Assembly: GCF_000143415.4 (NCBI RefSeq)
Contig: NW_003314273.1
Location: 940,074 to 1,004,073, forward strand
Reading direction: 5' to 3'
Origin: Selaginella moellendorffii
Lineage: Eukaryota; Plantae; Lycopodiophyta
DNA: 64,000 nt
Shown here piece after piece: positions 61,594 to 64,000 of the stretch. The notes beneath the pieces were generated by a model that saw only the letters and a program-made list of their open reading frames with translations, had not been told where the DNA came from and did no database searches. How positions within the stretch are numbered: position 1 is the first letter of the stretch; each line of letters starts with the position of its first letter. A program made the position numbers and the translations under genes.

Positions 61594-62540
61594 GCATTAG
61601 AGCATACTTGAACTCCACATGTGTTGTCTCAAAATTGCAAGAGCTGCAGAACTAACCATCTACTGTTTAGGTAACCTTTTTGCCACATTACCATCCATTC
61701 ACGAGATTGATGCACTGTAATAAAACTCATTTGTCTTCATTTCCTTCACAGTGGCTATCACTCTATAAATAAAGGAGCTTTCCAACACCTTTAGCTGTAA
61801 TTTTGATATCTTTGACAAAGTTATAGTGTAGTTAATAGTCTGTCTTGATAATGATGTGCTCAAATATATGAATTTAGTGACATTGTAGTACAATGACTTC
61901 CACTCTCGCAAATCAATCACTACTTCCATTTCCAATTCAATGAGAATAGTGCTAACACCAATTGCTAAAAGTGATTTACCATTACACATATAATTGGGTG
62001 AACCCCACTTTCTATCCTCTCCTATATGTATGGGGATATCCTTCTGTGTCTACTTTTAGATCCATAGGCACAAGTCAACACTATGGCCTGATTCATCACA
62101 TAGCATAGTGTTCTCTTTTTCACAAAAAATCCACTATCATGCAATGTCACAATAATTGTGCCAATGCATATTACAATGTCAATCACGTCAACAAAAGAGT
62201 TTTTTTCCACCTGACACATCTCTAAGATGCTTTTTCTAGCAAGGACAATTTTTGGGAATGATGTATCCTCATCCAGTATAGTAAACTCTATACCTTTGTT
62301 AACTTGAATCTCCCAGGTCGCTTTAAATGGTGTGTATGCCTGATTAAAACATTGTATTCCACCACTCCCAGAAAATGAATACACAGTGGTTTGGAAAATC
62401 TTATCAGACAAAGCCACCACACAGTCATCGGAATTGACAATTCTGTTCTCTGTTCCTTGGACATCAACAACATTAAATGACATTATGGATCCTGACCTTT
62501 TCATGTTGAAATGTTGACTCTTACACCAAATGACCATCTG
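61594..62540 (-). pseudogene. Decayed RPA70 (replication protein A large subunit)-like sequence, possibly Helitron-encoded
   Basis: OB-fold-like NQAYTPFKATWEI...NSFVDVIDIV...KKRTL...ESGHSVDLCLW...NGKSL. DBD-C zinc finger FYYSA...CGKKVT...CSSC...EFKYAL with internal stops. Confidence 0.72.
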
Positions 62541-64000
62541 TAAGAATGGTCACTGATTTCTTTGATGTATACCTCTTTTATAGCAGCCTTTTTTGAGCTC
62601 TCTCTCTATAACAACTGAAACAATCTGGAGATCATGTATCCAGAATGATGGGCCACTAAACTGTTTGTAACATGTGAACTTTTTTTTATTGTATTTTGGG
62701 GACTGGCTCGGAGTAAGGGATTAAAGTAACTTTTCCGTAGACACTTGAACACGTTTTTGTCCCTGGCAAGTTCAAATGTTATATAATAGTTATTTAGAAT
62801 GAAAAGCCAGAAAAGGTTTTACCACTTTCATGTCTTGAAGGACAAGGTTTGTGTGTGTGCACTTCCATACTCCACCATCCAAGAAGCATGCATCTGATAC
62901 AATTAATGACCTGCATAATCATTTGTGTTTATTCTGCTTTGTAAATAAGAAAACACATTTACTGTTTCCCATTTATCTCGAGGAAAGTGTAGTTCAGGAA
63001 TTTCACAAATGAATTCAGACAGATACCCCACAAATCTATTAAACCTGAAACTCGATGTGATGCAATGGCCTCGAGTGTTTTATTGTCATCTGCAACAGAA
63101 ATTTTTTTTGTCAATCTATGTTCGTAACACATAACACCAGTTCCTCATTTGAATTTTCTTTCACTTTTCTGTTCCCATCATCTGTACACTTCATGGTTGC
63201 TCATGACAGTTGCTGGCTGCTAGGATATAAAAAGTCATCTATTGAAAAGCATTCTCTAAACTGCCATAGTTTGCGTACATATTGATCAAACCATTGGCAA
63301 CCATGTTATTTCTACCTTGATATATAGGGAAACAAATAAAAAAGTGTTGATCACAAATCATTGTCAAAGTTTATATGGAAAGAAAGAGATGCAACTTATA
63401 TCTATAACTCTTGGGAACAAGCCACAAGCACTCAAGGTCAACATTTGCATGTCACATGTCACATGTCACACTGGTCTATCACTAAACCTTAACTAAAAAA
63501 ACAGAATGACACCTTAAATACTGACTGACTCACTCCTGACAGCTTAAAGCCTGTTGCAAGAGATTGAACAGGTGTTTGGAAAATTTAGGAGGATGCAACA
63601 GGAAGAATTCCAGGCCGTTGGTACCAAAAGAGAGCCTTACCCCGTCTTATCTATTTCACATCCTTCAATAGTCTAGCCCATATTCAGGCAAACATAGATA
63701 CATTGTCTTTTAAAGGTCGCTTGGCTTGCTATCCAGTTCTCCCTACATTGTAATTTCCTGCTTTCCAAAACAGGGAACATCTTCTTGGCTGCAGTGTATG
63801 AACAACTGCCTCATTGTTCTGTGGAGCATCCTTCTGATTTGGCAGAAAATCAGGTAAGTCAGTAGGCATGCACTTGATCTTTAGCTTCTTATACTGGTTG
63901 CTGTCACACCAACTTTTCTCTTTTCAGCCTTTCTTAGGATCTATCCTTGTTAGTCATATTTATTTCTTTTAGCATCTGGTTTTATAAACGATTTTATTGC

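Overview
Land-plant nuclear DNA. It is most likely a lycophyte (Selaginella-like), inferred from ~50-60 nt introns, extreme gene density and the PPR style. 1-17.2 kb is a very compact gene island: IQD (partial), EMSY-like/ENT, DUF6817-like protein, V-ATPase c'', OSCA/CSC1 channel, a single-exon ankyrin+RRM protein, an ARMH3/C10orf76 homologue, a KGD4/MRPS36-like micro-protein and DAD1. Some intergenic gaps are only 29-190 bp. 17.8-36.7 kb and 46.3-57.2 kb are nested, decayed Ty3/gypsy LTR retrotransposons of three families. One is a structurally complete chromodomain element (fungal Tcn1/Tf1-sushi-like) with a TATAT TSD, an apparent self-priming PBS and a G GGA AAC -1 frameshift signal. 37.6-46 kb holds a PLS-E PPR gene, deletion-riddled relics of local genes (PPR, IQD, P450), a spliced orphan gene and an intronless PP2C. 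The AT-rich end carries a decayed RPA70-like sequence, possibly Helitron-derived. There are three N gaps. All calls come from reading the sequence and recalled family motifs; no database searches were run.
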